Shown piece after piece: positions 22,413 to 37,210 of a DNA stretch of 64,000 nt. Each line of letters opens with the position of its first letter. The stretch's first letter is position 1. The position numbers were made by a program, and so were the translations under genes. The notes under the pieces are model-generated. The model had not been told where the DNA came from and did not search any database. It saw nothing but the letters and a program-made list of their open reading frames with translations. The DNA lies in assembly GCF_000143415.4 (NCBI RefSeq), contig NW_003314316.1:1076666-1140665 (forward strand), in the 5' to 3' direction. The DNA comes from Selaginella moellendorffii. Lineage: Eukaryota; Plantae; Lycopodiophyta.

Positions 22413-25400
22413 TGTGAGACACAAAATCCCTAGGCCCCAAAGTGGAGCTGGAAAGGGTGCCATGTGGTAGTGGCCGAAGCGAAAGCCAAACGAGCATAAC
22501 ACGTTTGGACTAAAAGTTCCGACTTGGAAGGTCGAGAGTGGGAGTGGAACTCCCAACAAAGTGCTCGAGGAGCAAGCACGAGGCAACCAATAAGCAAGGC
22601 TCCAAAAAGGGACCCAAAAAGGACCAACACATGACATATGGAAGTGTCCGAGATGAAGTCCGAGGCGGACCCGAGTTGGAGTCCAAGATGGACCCGAAGT
22701 GGAGTCCGAGATGGACCCAAAGTGGAGTCCGAGATGGACCCGAAGTGGAGTCCGAGATGGACCCGAAGTGGAGTCCGAAGTGGAGTCTGATATGGAGTCC
22801 GAGATGGACCCGAAGTGGAGTCCGATATGGAGTCCGAGATGGAGTCTGAGATGGACCTGAGATGGACCCGAGATGGAGTTCGAGATGGACCCGAGATGGA
22901 GTCCGAGATGGAGTCCAAGATGGAACCGAGACCGGGACCGAGACCGAGACCGAGACCGAGTCCGAGTCCGAATCCGGGACCGAGACCGAGTCTGAGTCCG
23001 AGTTCGAGTCCGAGTCCGAATACTAATACAGGGGGCTGCGGGGGATTCCAAAAGTATAGTAGGGAGAGTGTGGGGGTTGGAGCCCAGTGGAGCCAGTTTG
23101 GCCAGGAAAGGCCAGTTTGGGCCAGGAAGGCCAGACCCAGTGTTGGGTGATGAGCTGACCACTGGGAAGTCCAAGACTAGAGTGAACACAGACCGACAAA
23201 CGGGGTAGCTTGGTGAAGTGTTCAAGAGCCGGCTCTAGTTCCCCCGGGAGATCAACTGGCCGATGCTCCCAGTCCAAGTGTGGGTGGCACTACCTACTTG
23301 GATACCAGGCGTGGCTCAACGGAACCTCGCTCTAAGCCCATGGCTAGAGCACCCAAGGGTGGAAGGCGGGGAGAGTACCCAGGTGGCTCGCGTAAGGCCA
23401 CGGTGTTCCGAAATGTTGTCCCAAAGGCCCAGATTGTGGAAAGGAAGAGGAGCAGTCCTTTGGGGTAGTGACCAAGGACACAGTCGTGTGGTGAGGAAGT
23501 CCCAGAGGACCATGGGACTTAGTGGTCGGGCCTGTGGGCCTCGATCCAGTGGCAGTGTTGGCGAACACGGCCATGGACGAAAAGGGACTTAGTGGGGATT
23601 GGAACGAAGATATTGGGGAAGGCTAATCCCCATGTCGGTGGGCATCCTAAGGATGCTAAGGAGTGGATTTGGGATGATCACTCATGGATGGATGGCCCAG
23701 TCTTTGAGTGACGGGACTGGGATGCAGGTGGTGTCAGACCATCGTTGTGACCAAGGTCAATGGGCATGGCCTTAGTGTAACAAGCTGATATGTTGGTGGT
23801 ACCTTGGGGTGTCGGTCATGGGATCGAACACGTGGAGCACTTGGACCAAGTGCACGAAGTTGAGTGGTGGGGATGCCATTCTCGGGGCTAGTAAGCCCAA
23901 GTCGAAAATAGGACTTATGGAGGTTGTGAGTGAGACTCCTCCAAGTGGTCGGAGGTGCAGTTAAGTGACTAAAGTAAAATGGAAAATTTAGTCGCTTACA
24001 ATTTGGTATCAGAGTTGTTCCTTAGTCCGACTTTTATTGGTGCTCAAGTATATCACCATTGATATTGGCATTGGAAGGTCCTAGGAGTGGGCTTATCCTT
24101 GAGGAGTAGCATGCCGAGAGGACATGGCTCTCCACTCAAGTTCATGCGTGACTTGGGCGCGATGTGGTGGATAGAAAAGGGGCCGGTAAGGGAACGACTT
24201 TGGGATCTTGGGAACAGTATATGGTTTTTCTCAAAGAGTTGAGGATGTGATCCAGATGAGCGTTTGACTCAGTAAATGGCCAATGTAGTTGTGGTAAACA
24301 ACTAAAGTTGGGATCACAGGAAAGATAAAGACTCCAAAGCAATAAGGGAGTCACAAGATTATCCTCATATAGTTGAGATTGGTGCTCATGAATATGAGAC
24401 CAGAAGTAATGACCGTGGGAGGTCAAATACGGAAGAGGACTCAAGTCCTTGAAATGTTAGCCGGGGCTACCTTTAATAAATGCTGGAACAACCCAAGGAG
24501 TTGGGGGGTGTACTTAGAGATGAGTTGGTATTCTCATCACATGGACAAGTAGTCCTAAGGGGTAGAGGTTGCCCCAGAGAACAAAAACAAGTGTCAGAGT
24601 AACACTTGTGAAAATAGTCCTTCTGAGTAGGACAGGAATGTAGGAAGTGTATTCCAGTGAGCTAGTGCCTCACAAGTGGGACCTTACGGGTCTGTGGATT
24701 AACCAAGTCCAAAACTGCTAGATGACTTAAGTAGAGTCAAGGAATGGTCCTAAAAGGACTGATGGAAGCATTTGGACTGAGATGTGTTGTACCCTACGAA
24801 GGATGGGGGGGGGGGGGGGGGGGGATCATAGGATCCAAGGATGAGAACAGAGGGTATCTCATCGATGGCAAAATGTGCCATGCTAAAGTCGTGGGAAAAG
24901 TGTTCCCAAAAAGAAAACAACTTTGACACAAAATTGTGTGTGACCTTTATAGTGCAGTGCTAACAAATGGTTGGCATGAGAAAGAGCGGTATTGGTCTTG
25001 GCAGAGACTTAGACACAAAGAAGAAGTGTCATAGAGGTAGGCTCGTGAAGCCGATGGTGTGGAGACACCAAATGTGCCAAGGGGTGATACCTTGAGGCTA
25101 TGTTGGTGGGTTCATGAGAACCCCTTGCCAAAGGAATCCCAATGGAAATGGGAATGGCATAGCCTAAGCAGCAGAGCATGCAGTTGGAGTGTGGTGACCC
25201 AGATAATGATGGAGGTGTGGAAGCACCAGCAATGAGTTGTAGGACTTGACAACTATGAGGCAATTAAGCAAGAGGTGCAAGATAATTGGTTAAATGGGTA
25301 GAAGGTAGCTACCCAAGACTTCTTAATGGCATAAGGAAGTTAGATATACCCTTATGGGGAATAAGTTGCTTATGTTGCGATATAGTAAGTCAATGTCATA

Positions 25401-28400
25401 AAAGGAAAATACTCATTGTCAAGGAAGCCATCATTGGGACACCCGAACACTCTAGAACACTAGGAGGTGGTGTTTGATGTCGCGAGGGTAATAAATAAAG
25501 CCCAAGGGACTAAGTCCCTAGCGAATGATGGATAGAAGGTGCTATCCAAATGTCCAAAGGTGGCGGAGACAGGAGAAGACTGTCTACTCGAATTGGACAA
25601 AGCCAAAAATGGAATTTTGGCAAGGCTAGTGATGGGCATGTAAAGGCCTGTAAGGAACAACATATTCTCGTTGTGTGGGATTATAGGGTGAGCATGCCTG
25701 GATTGAGGAACCACTCCCTAGGCTATCGGGTAGGTTCATCCCTAAGAATACTTGCTAAGGCATGATAGAAAGTGCAAAGCTATCCTCCTGGTCTAGAGGA
25801 GAATGACCGAAGGAAAGGTGTGAAGCCAAAAGCAAGAAATAAGGGGATAGAACTGAACCATAGGAATCGAAGGGCATAACCAAGGTTGGTTATGCCAACT
25901 GGGAGTGGAGAATCAAGTGGGGGCTCGAGGGTGTTGCCACTAGCAACCGTGATACCATGGAGAGTCTAAAATATGGAATTGTCTATGTTAGATTATATGG
26001 TAATTGGAAAGCTTGCAAAAAGGGAGGCCTTAGCAAGCTAAGGGACAAAGTTCCTTCAAGGTTCCCAAAGATGATTCTAGATAGCTTAGTACCTAGAAAG
26101 GCCAAGCGTAAATGGTTCAAGGAACGCGCGAAATCAGAGTGGCGCAGCAGAAGCGTGGTCTTGAAGCTTGCCATGAGGCAAGGCTATCAAGGTTAGGGAA
26201 GTAGTTCCCGAGTGTTCAAAGAGAGGGCTTTGAACGAAAGTCGATGACCAAGGGCTTTCATGCTTGTGCAAGAACCATGTTACAGTGGTCGGAGGATTTG
26301 CCAAAGCAAGATTGGCAAGTCAGGGGAACAAATACCCTAGTTGAAGGAGTCCATGCATGATCACAGACTTGTCAAGTGAGAGGACTTGGCAGTGTGGAGG
26401 AACTAGGTTCCTAAGTTGTGATCTATGGCGTGCTTTGAGTATAAGTTGGTGCACCGGCGTAGGGAGTCACGCCAGGCATCCTGGGTGATGCTGTCCGTAG
26501 ATGCATATACGGAGGTTGGGTTCAAGTCCCGACCCTCTAGTGCTTGGGTTCGAGTCCCAACTCATTAGGGAGTGGTGATGGTTTGGAATATGAGGACACT
26601 CATTTTTTGGTGGTCATGGACTCTTAGTGTGGAGACTGGCTTGGGCACACCGCCAAGCGAGGGATGCCTCGGAGTCGTGATGCACGGTTAGATTGCTTAG
26701 TATGGCTCAGCATATCTAACTTGAACACTTTGGTGCAAGTGGCACCAAGGACGTGGTGAATGAGATGGGGACACCCAGTCTCAGTTGCTATGGACCCTTG
26801 GCCGGAAGGGCTAGCTTGGGCGCACCGCCAAGTGTGGGGGATGCCCCCGGGGTCGTAGTTAACAAGTTCAAGGTCTGGAAGACCTAGTACCTATTGGCAA
26901 ACCTGTTAAGGTGCCGAGGTGAGATCACTAGGTGATCTTGTGGCTAAATAAGGACAAGGTCCTTGTTTGGGCTAAGGAATAAGGTTCCTAGTTCAAAATG
27001 TTGATTTGAATTATTGATGATGGTGTGGCTTGGTCAAGGTGACCAAGTGGGAAAAGCACCTTAGGGAAATGAGCTATGTCATTGCGATGGCATAGTGTGT
27101 CCAAGGAAAGTAGTCTCTAAAGAGACCCATGGGAGGGTTACAAAGTTGGGCCGTGGATAGAGCCCACAGCAGAAGATGCTAAAGAGACTTACTAGGGGTG
27201 AACACCCTAGTCTTGGCAAAGCAGAGCCTTTGCTATGGAATCAAAAGAATACCTCAAGGAGGGAGGTAGAGATTCAGTGTTGCTTGGTGCAACAATCAAC
27301 GGATAGGAGCAAAAGATGAGTGGCCAAGATAGGGCCGTGGAATCCCTTGGAAGGAATCCAAGTGGCAAAGTTAGGCGAAGAACACTAATGTGTTGGACGC
27401 TAACAAATTGCGGGAAAGGAAGTGTGTTTCCAAGGATGGATTCCGAATTGCTCCGATTTGGCGAAAGGGGAAGTTCCAAGGGAGGGAGCGGTAAGGTAGC
27501 CAAATGATAGGGCCATGGACAACCCTAGCACAAAGTATGATAACTGAAACTTTGGCACGAAATAGAAGAGAGGATGATGGTGCCCTCGAGTAGAGAACTT
27601 CCTAGGATGGGAAGTGGAGTTGCACAAAAGGTGCAAGGCAAGGTGTCAGAGACACCTAGGAAATTGACTTCAAGAAGTCAAAATTCAAAGTTCCAAAGTG
27701 TAAAGGTTATATCAATGAGAACTGAGACCACTCGAGAATGAGTAGTGGGAATTGAGTTAGAGAAGATGTCTCTAACAGGTTTAGTGAGAACTGAACCAAT
27801 AAAAGGGAGCGAACCACCCCAGGTGGTCGAATAAGTCTCTATGTTGGAAAGACTATGCTCCTTAGAGGATGGGTAAGGCATAGGGAGCTTTTGGTGTCAA
27901 ACCATTAACGAATATGGAGAAGGCATGGTGAGCCTTCAATGTCAAACTATTGACAAATATTGGCTAGGTGCCAAGGATGGAAATGGTAACACATGTGGGT
28001 GCTACTTTATAAAATAGTTTATCGTTCGATGAGGATATCGAACTTCGTCTATGGGTGGTGGAGTTGTGAGACACAAAATCTCTAGGCCCCAAAGTGGAGC
28101 TGGAAAGGGTGCCACGTGGTAGTGGCCGAAGCGAAAGCCAAACGAGCATAACACATTTGGACTAAAAGCTCCGACTTGGAAGGTCGAGAGCGGGAGTGGA
28201 ACTCCCAACAAAGTGCTCAAGGAGCAAGCACGAGACAACCAATAAGCAAGGCTCCAAAAAGGGACCCAAAAAGGACCAACACATGACACATGGAAGTGTC
28301 TGAGATGGAGTCCGAGGCAGACCCGAGTTGGAGTCCAAGATGGACCCGAAGTGGAGTCCGAGATGGACCCGAAGTGGAGTCCGAAGTAGAGTCCAGTCCG

Positions 28401-29674
28401 ATATGGACCCGAAGTGGAGTTCGATATGGAGTCTGAGATGGAGTCCGAGATGGACCCGAGATGGACCCGAGATGGAGTCCGAGATGGACCCGAGATGGAG
28501 TCCGAGATGGACCCGAGATGGAGTCCGAGATGGAGTCCGAGATGGAACCGAGACCGGGACCGAGACCGAGACCAAGACCAAGACCGAGACCGAGTCCGAG
28601 TCCGAATCCGGGACCGAGACCGAGTCCGAGTCCGAGTCCGAGTCCAAATACTAATACAGGCAGTTGGGTGAAAGCCCAAAGCGATTGTCCCCCACATGGG
28701 GGGGGGGGGGGGGGGGGCTGCGGGGGGTTCCAAAAGTATAGTAGGGAGAGTGTGGGGGTTGGAGCCTAGTGGAGTTAGTTTGGCTAGGAAAGGCCAGTTT
28801 GGGCCAGGAAGGCCAGACCCAGTGTTGGGTGATGAGCTGACCACTGGGAAGTCCAAGACTAGAGTGAACACGGACCGACAAGCGGGGTAGCTTGGTGAAG
28901 TGTTCAAGAGCCGGCTCTAGTTCCCCTGGGAGATCAACTGGCCAATGCTCCCAGTCCAAGTGTGGGTGGCACTACCTACTTGGATACCAGGCGTGGCTCA
29001 ACGGAACCTCGCTCTAAGCCCATGGCTAGAGCACCCAAGGGTGGAAGGCGGGGAGAGTACCTAGGTGGCTCGCGTAAGGCCACGGTGTTCCGAAATGTTG
29101 TCCCAAAGGCCCAGACTGTGGAAAGGAAGAGGAGCAGTCCTCTGGGGTAGTGACCAAGGACACAGTCGTGTGGTGAGGAAGTCCCAAAGGACCGTGGGAC
29201 TTAGTGGTCGGGCCGGTGGGCCTCGATCCAGTGGCAGTGTTGGTGAACACGGCCATGGACGAAAAGGGACTTAGTGGGGATTGGAACGGAGATATTGGGG
29301 AAGGCTAATCCCCATGTCGGTGGGCATCCTAAGGATGCTAAGGAGTGGATTTGGGATGATCACTCATGGATGGATGGCCCAGTCTTTGAGTGACGGGACT
29401 GGGATGCAGGTGGTGTCAGACCATCGTTGTGACCAAGGTCAATGGGCATGGCTTTAGCGTAACAGGCTGATATGTTGGTGGTACCTTGGGGTGTTGGTCA
29501 TGGGATCGGACACGTGGAGCACTTGGACCAAGTGCACGAAGTTGAGTGGCAGGGATGCCATTCTCGGGGCTAGTAAGCCCAAGTCCAAAATAGGACTTAC
29601 GGAGGTTGTGAGTGAGACTCCTCCAAGTGGTCGGAGGTGCGGTTAAGTGACTAAAGTAAAATGGAAAATTTAGT
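22413..29674 (+). mobile_element. Family B copy 2, inserted in the 3' LTR of element A; last ~8 nt of its 3' LTR missing
   Basis: 5' LTR 22413-24000 ends GCTTACA. PBS TGGTATCAGAG at 24004. PPT then 3' LTR from 28065, which stops at ..AAATTTAGT before a T run. No TSD found. Confidence 0.92.
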
Positions 29675-29718
29675 TTTTTTTTTTTATATACCTTTTCTTT
29701 AGTTCTTGGTTTGGTATA

Positions 29719-32700
29719 TGTAAGCGACTAATTTTTCCATTTTACTTTAGTCATTTAACCACACTCCTGACCACTTGGAGGAGTCTCATTCACAACCTCC
29801 ATAAGTCCCAGTTAGGACTTGGGGCTTGCCAGCCCTGAGAATGGCACCTAAGGCACTCAACCTTTGCACTTGGTCCAAGTGCTCCACGTGTCCAATCCCA
29901 TGACTGACACCCCAAGGTACCACCGACATACCAGCCCATTACGCTAGGCCATGCCTAATCACCTTGGTCACACCGGTGATCTAACGCCACCTACATCATA
30001 GTCCCGTCTCTCAAAGATTGGGCCATCCATCCATGAGTGATCATTCCAGATCCACTCCTTAACATCCTTAGGATGCCTGCAGACATGGGGAATAGCCTTC
30101 CCCGACAACTCCTTTCCAGTCCCCACCAAGTCCCTTTTAGTCCGTGGCCGTGTTCGCCAGCACTGCCACTGGATCAAGGCCCGCAGGCCCGACCACTAAG
30201 TCCCACTATCCTTTGGGACTTCCTCACCATGTGACCGTATCCTTGGTCACTGCATTAGAGGCCTGCTCCTCTTCCCTTTCACCGTTTGGGACTTTGGGGC
30301 AACATTTCGGAACACCGTGGCCTTACGCAAGCCTCATGGGTACTCTCCCCACCTTTCGCCTTTAGGTGCTCTAGCCATGGGCTTAGAGCGAGGTTCCGTT
30401 GAGCCACGACAGGTATCCAAGTAGGTAGTGCCACCCACACTTGGACTGGGAGCATCGGCCAGTCGATCTCCCGGGGGAACTAAAGCCGGCTCTTGAACAC
30501 TTCACCAAGCTACCCCACTTGTCGGCTTGTGTTCACTCTAGTCTTGGACTTCCCAGTGGGCAGCTCATCACCCAACACTGGGTCCGGCCTTCCTGGGCCA
30601 AATTGGCCTTTCCTGGCCAAACTGGCTCCACTGCAGTCCTCCCCCTACTATACTTTTGGAGCTCACCAAACCCCCCAGGGTCTGGGAGACGAACGCTTTG
30701 GGCTTTCACCCTCTCAGACTCGAACTCGGACTCGGACTCGGACTCGGACTCGGACTCGGACTCGGGCTTGGTCTCGGCCTCGGCCTCAGCCTCGGTCTCG
30801 GTCCCGGTCTCGGTCTCGGTCTTGGTCTCGGTCTCAGTCCCGGTCTCGGTCTCAACTTCGGACTCCATCTCGGGTCCATCTCGGACTCCATCTCGGACTC
30901 CATCTCGGACTCCATCTCGGGTCCATCTCGGACTCCATCTCGGGTCCATCTCGGACTCCATCTCGGTCCATCTCGGACTCCATCTCGGACTCCATATCGG
31001 ACTCCATCTCGGACTCCAACTCGGGTCCGCCTCAGACTCCATATTGGACTCCACTTCGGGTCCATCTCGGACTCCATATCGAACTCCATCTCGGACTCCA
31101 TTTCGGACTCCATATCGGACTCCACTTTGGGTCCATCTCGGACTCCATCTCGGGTCCATCTCGGACTCTATCTCGGACACTTCCACGTGTCATGTGTTGG
31201 TCCTTTTTGGGTCCCCTTTTGGAGCCTTGCTTATTGCTCGCTTCGTGCTCGCTCCTTGAGCACTTTGTTGGGAGTTCCACTCCCACTCTCGACCTTCCAA
31301 GTCAGAGCTTTTAGTCCAAACGTGTTACACTCGTTTGGCTTTCGCTTCGGCCACTACCACGTGGCACCCTTTCCGGTTCCACTTTGGGGCCTAGGGATTT
31401 TGTGTCTCACAACTCCACCACCCATAGACGAAGTTCGATGTCCTCATCGAATGGTAAACCATTTTATAAAGTAACACCCGCATGTGTTACCATTTCCATC
31501 TTTGGCACCTAGCCAATATTTGTCACTGGTCTGATATTGAAGGCTCACCATGCCTTCTCTGTATTCGTCAATGGTTTAACATTGAAGGCTCACCATGCCT
31601 TCTGCATATTCGTCAATGGTTTGACACTAAAGGCTCACCATGCCTTGCCCATCCTCTAAGGAGGGTAGTCTCTCCAACTTAGAGACTGATTGGACCACAT
31701 GTAGTGGTCCTCTCCTTTTATTTGGTTTAGTTCTCGCTAAACCTCTCAGAGACCCTTCTCTAAGTCAATCCCACTACTCCTTCTCGAGTAGTCTCAATTT
31801 CCATCTATGGAACGTTTGCACCTTGGAACTTTTACTCTTTGACCTCTGGAAGTCAATTTCCTAGGTGTCTCCAACACCTTACATTGCACATTTTGTGCAA
31901 CTCCACTTCCCCATCTTAGGAAGTTCTTTACTTGAGGGCACCATCATCCTCTCTTCTATTTCGTGCCACCTTGGGCACTAAGTTCCATTTATCATACTTT
32001 GTGCTAGGGCTGTCCATGGCCCTATCATTTGGCTACCTTACCGCTCCCTCCCTTGGAGCTTCCACTTTCGCCAAATCGGAGCAATTCGGAATCCATCCTT
32101 GGAAACACACTTCCTTTCCCACAAGTTGTTAGCATCAAACACATTAGTGTTCCTTGGCTAACTTTGCCATTTGGATCCCTTCCATTAAATTCCATGGCCC
32201 AAACTTGGCCACTAGTCCATTGCTCTTATCCTTGATTGTTGCACCCAGCAACATAGGATCGCTACCTCCATTTTTGAGGTATCCTTTCGGTTCCATAGCA
32301 AAGACTCTTCTTTGCCAAGTCCGGAGGATGTTCACCCCTAGTACGTCTCTTTAGCATCTTCTGCTGTGGGCTCTATCCACGGCCCAACTTCGTGACCCTC
32401 CCATGGGTTTCTTATAGAGACTACCTTCCTCAGACTCACTATGCCATCGCACGGACATAGTTTATTTCCCTTAGGTGCTCTTCCCACTTGGTCATCATGA
32501 CCAAGCCACACCACCTTAAACAGTTCAATTTCAACATTTTGAACCAGGAACTTCATTCCTTAGCCAACCAAGGACCTCGTCCTTATTTGGCCATAAGATC
32601 ACCTAGTGATCTCACCTTGGCACCTTAACAGGGTTGCCAAGAGGTACTTGGTCTTCTAGACCTTCAAGTTGTTGACTATAACCCCGGGGGCATCCCCCAC

Positions 32701-35700
32701 ACTTGGCGGTGCACCCAAGCCAGCTCTTATGGCCAAGGGTTCATAGCAATTGAGATTAGGTGTCCTTATCTCACTCACCACGTCCTTGGTGCCACTTGCA
32801 CCAAAGCGTTCAAGTTAGATATGCCGAGCTTTCACACTAAGCAATCTAACCGTGCATCACGACTCCGAGGCATCCCTCGCCTGGCAGTGTGCCCAAACCA
32901 GTCTCCCCACTGAGAGTCTATGACCACCGAAATATGAGTGTCCTCATATTCCAAACCATCACCACGCCCTAGTGATTTGGGACTCGAACCCAAGCACTAG
33001 AGGGTCGGGACTCGAACCCAACCTCCGTATATGCATCTACGGATGGCATCACACCGGATGCCTGGCGTGACTCCCCACGCCGGTGCACCAACCTATATTT
33101 AAAGCGTGCTACAGATCACAGCTTAGGAACCTAGTTCCTCCGCACTGCCAAGTCTTCTCACTTGACATGTCTGTGATCATGCATGGACTCCTCCATGCTC
33201 GGCCCCATGGCCCACCTTTTTTGAAGTTATCACCTTCAATTAGGGTATTTGTTCCCCCGACGTGCCAATCTCGCTTGGCAAGTCTTCCGACCACTGTAAC
33301 ATGGTTTATGCATAAGCGTGAAAGTCCTTGACCATTGACTTTCATTCAAAGCCCTCTCTTTGAACACTCGGGAACTACTTCCCTAACCTTGATAGCCTTG
33401 CCTCATGGCAAGCTTCAAGACCACGCTTCTGCTGCGCCACTCTGATTTCGCGCGTTCCATGAACCATTTACACTTGGCCTTTCTAGGTACTAAGCTACCT
33501 AGAATCGTCTTTGGGAACCTTGAAGGAACTCTGTCCCTCAGCTTGCTAAGGCCTCCCTTTTCGCAAGCTTTATAGTTGCCATATAGTCTAACATGGACAA
33601 TTCCATATTTTAGACTCTCCATGGCATCACGGTTGCTAGCAACAACATCCTCGAGCACCCTCTTGATTCTCCACTCCCAACTTGCATAACCACTGTAGGA
33701 TATGCCCTTTGATTTCTATGGTTCAGTTCCATCCGAATACTACTTGCCTTTTGGCCCCATATGTTTCCTTTGGTTATTCTCTTCCAGACTAGGAGGATAG
33801 CTTTCCACATTTTATTATGCCTTAGCAAGTATTCTTAGGGATGAACCTACCCGATAGCATAGGGAGTGGTTCCTCAATCTTGGGCATGCTCACCTTATAA
33901 TCCCACATATCGGGATTAACGTTGCTGCTTATGGGCCTTTACATGCCCATCACTAGCCTTGCCAAAATTCCATTTTTGGCTTTGTCCAATTCGGGTAGAC
34001 AGTCTTCTCCTGTCTCCACAACCTTGGACATTTGGATAGCACCTACTATCCATCATTCGCTAGGGACTTAGTCCTTTGGGCCTTATCTATTGCCCTTGCG
34101 ACATGAAACACCACCTCCTGGTGTTCTAGAGTGTTTGGGTGTCCCAATGATGGCCTCCTGACAATGAGCATTCCCGTTTACGACATTAACTTACTATATT
34201 GCAACATAAGCAATTTATTCCCCATAAGGGTATATCTAACTTCCTTATGCCATTAAGAAGTCTTGGGTAGCTACCTTCTACCCATTTAACCAATTATCTT
34301 GCACCTCTTGCTTAGTTGCCCCATAATTGTCAAGTCCTACAACTCATTGCTTGGTGCTTCCACACCTCCATCATTATCCGGGTCACCACACTCCAACCGC
34401 ATGCCTTTCAGCTTAGGCTATGCCATTCCCATTTCCATTGGGATTCCTTTGGATGGGGTTCTCAGGAACCCGCCAACTTGACCTCAAGGCAGCATGCCTT
34501 GGCACCTTCGGTGTCTCCACACCATCGGCTCCATGAGCCTATCCTTATAACACTACTTATTAGTGTTTAGGTCTTTGCCAAGACCAATATAGTTGTTCCT
34601 CATGCTAACTATCCGTTAGCACCGCACCATAGTGTTTGCACCCAACTCTGGGCCAAAGTTGCTTTCTTCTGGGAACATCTTTCCCACGACTTTAATATGG
34701 CACATTCTGCCATCAATGAGATACTCACTGTTCTCATACTTGGATCTTATGATCCTCCCCATACCTCATGGGGCACCATACACCTCCGTCCAAATGCTTC
34801 AACCAATCCCTTAGGACCATTCCCTGACTCCACTTGAGTCATCCAGCATTTTAGACTTTGCTAATCCAATGACCTGCGAGGTCTTAGTCTTCGAGGTGTC
34901 AACTCGCTGGAATACAACTTCTTGTATTCAGGTCCTACTCACAAGGACCATCTTTGCAAGTGTTACTCTGACACTTGATTTGTTCTCTTGGGGCAACCTT
35001 TTGCCCCTTAGGACCACTTGTCCATGTGATGAGAATACCAACTCATCCTCTAAGTACACCCCCAACTCCTTGGGTTGTTCCAGCATTTATTAGAGGTAGC
35101 CCCAGCTACCATTTCAAGGACTTGAGTCCTCTTCCGTATTTGACCTCCCACGGTCATTACCTCTGGTCTCACATTCATGAGCACCAACCTCAACTATATG
35201 AGGATAATTTTGTGACTTCTTCATTGTTTTGGAGTCTACATCTTTCCCGTGATCCCAACTATAGTTGTTTATCACAACTACGTTAGCCCGTTTGCTGCGT
35301 CAAACACCCATTTGGATCACATCCTCAGCTCTCTGAGGAGACCTTATACTGTTTCTAAAATCCCAAAGTCGTTCCATTATTGGCCCTTTTCTATCCACCA
35401 CATTGTGCCCAAGTTCACGCATGAACTTGAGTGGAGAGCCATGTCCTTTCGACATGCTACTCCTCAACGATAGGCCCACTCCTAGGACCTTCTGATGCCA
35501 ACATCAATGGTGATATACTTGAGCACCAATAAAAGTCAGACTAAGGAACAGCTCCGATACCAAATTGTAAGCGACTAATTTTTCCATTTTACTTTAGTCA
35601 CTTAACCACACTCCTGACCACTTGGAGGAGTCTCATTCACAACCTCCATAAGTCCCAGTTAGGACTTGGGGCTTGCCAGCCCTGAGAATGGCACCCAGGC

Positions 35701-37210
35701 CACTCAACCTTTGCACTTGGTCCAAGTGCTCCACGTGTCCGATCCCATGACCGACACCCCAAGGTACCACTGACATACCAGCCCGTTACGCTAGGCCATG
35801 CCCATTCATCTTGGTCACACCGGTGGTCTAACGCCACCTACATCATAGTCCTGTCTCTCAAAGACTGGGCCATCCATCCATGAGTGATCATTCCAGATCC
35901 ACTCCTTAACATCCTTAGGATGCCTGCAGACATGGGGAATAGCCTTCCCCGACAACTCTTTTCCAGTCCCCACCAAGTCCCTTTTAGTCCGTGGCCGTGT
36001 TCGCCAGCACTGCCACTGGATCAAGGCCCACAGGCCCGACCACTAAGTCCCACTATCCTTTGGGACTTCCTCACCATGTGACCGTATCCTTGGTCACTGC
36101 ATTAGAGGCCTGCTCCTCTTCCCTTTCACCATTTGGGACTTTGGGGCAACATTTCGGAACACCGTGGCCTTACGCAAGCCTCATGGGTACTCTCCCCGCC
36201 TTTCGCCTTTAGGTGCTCTAGCCATGGGCTTAGAGCAAGGTTCCGTTAAGCCACGACAGGTATCCAAGTAGGTAGTGCCACCCACACTTGGTCTGGGAGC
36301 ATCGGCCAGTCGATCTCCCGGGGGAACTAAAGCCGGCTCTTGAACACTTCACCAAGCTACCCCGCTTGTCGGCTTGTGTTCACTCTAGTCTTGGACTTCC
36401 CAGTGGGCAGCTCATCACCCAACACTGGGTCCGGCCTTCCTGGGCCAAACTGGCCTTTCCTGGCCAAACTGGCTCCACTGCAGTCCTCCCCCTACTATAC
36501 TTTTGGAGCTCACCAAACCCCCCAGGGTCTAGGAGACGAACGCTTTGGGCTTTCACCCTCTCAGACTCGAACTCGGACTCGGACTCGGACTCGGACTCGG
36601 GCTTGGTCTCGGTCTCGGCCTCGGTCTCGGTCTCGGTCCCGATCTCGGTCTCGGTCTCGGTCCCGGTCTCGGTCTTGACTTCGGACTCCATCTCGGGTCC
36701 ATCTCGGACTCCATCTCGGACTCCATCTCGGACTCCATCTCGGGTCCATCTCGGACTCCATCTCGGGTCCATCTCGGACTCCATCTCGGTCCATCTCGGA
36801 CTCCATCTCGGACTCCATCTCGGACTCCATATCGGACTCCATCTCGGACTCCAACTCGGGTCCGCCTCAGACTCCATATTGGACTCCACTTCGGGTCCAT
36901 CTCGGACTCCATATCGGACTCCACTTCGGGTCCATCTCAGACTCCATCTCGGGTCCATCTCGGACTCCATCTCGGACACTTCCACGTGTCATGTGTTGGT
37001 CCTTTTTGGGTCCCCTTTTGGAGCCTTGCTTATTGCTCGCTTCGTGCTCGCTCCTTGAGCACTTTGTTGGGAGTTCCACTCCCGCTCTCGACCTTCCAAG
37101 TCAGAGCTTTTAGTCCAAACGTGTTACACTCGTTTGGCTTTCGCTTCGGCCACTACCACGTGGCACCCTTTCCGGCTCCACTTTGGGGCCTAGGGATTTT
37201 GTGTCTCACA
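29719..37210 (-). mobile_element. Family B copy 3, complete
   Basis: LTRs at 29719-31411 and 35566-37210. TSD GTATA at 29714-29718 and 37211-37215. PBS ~35551-35562, PPT at 31412-31423. Confidence 0.95.
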
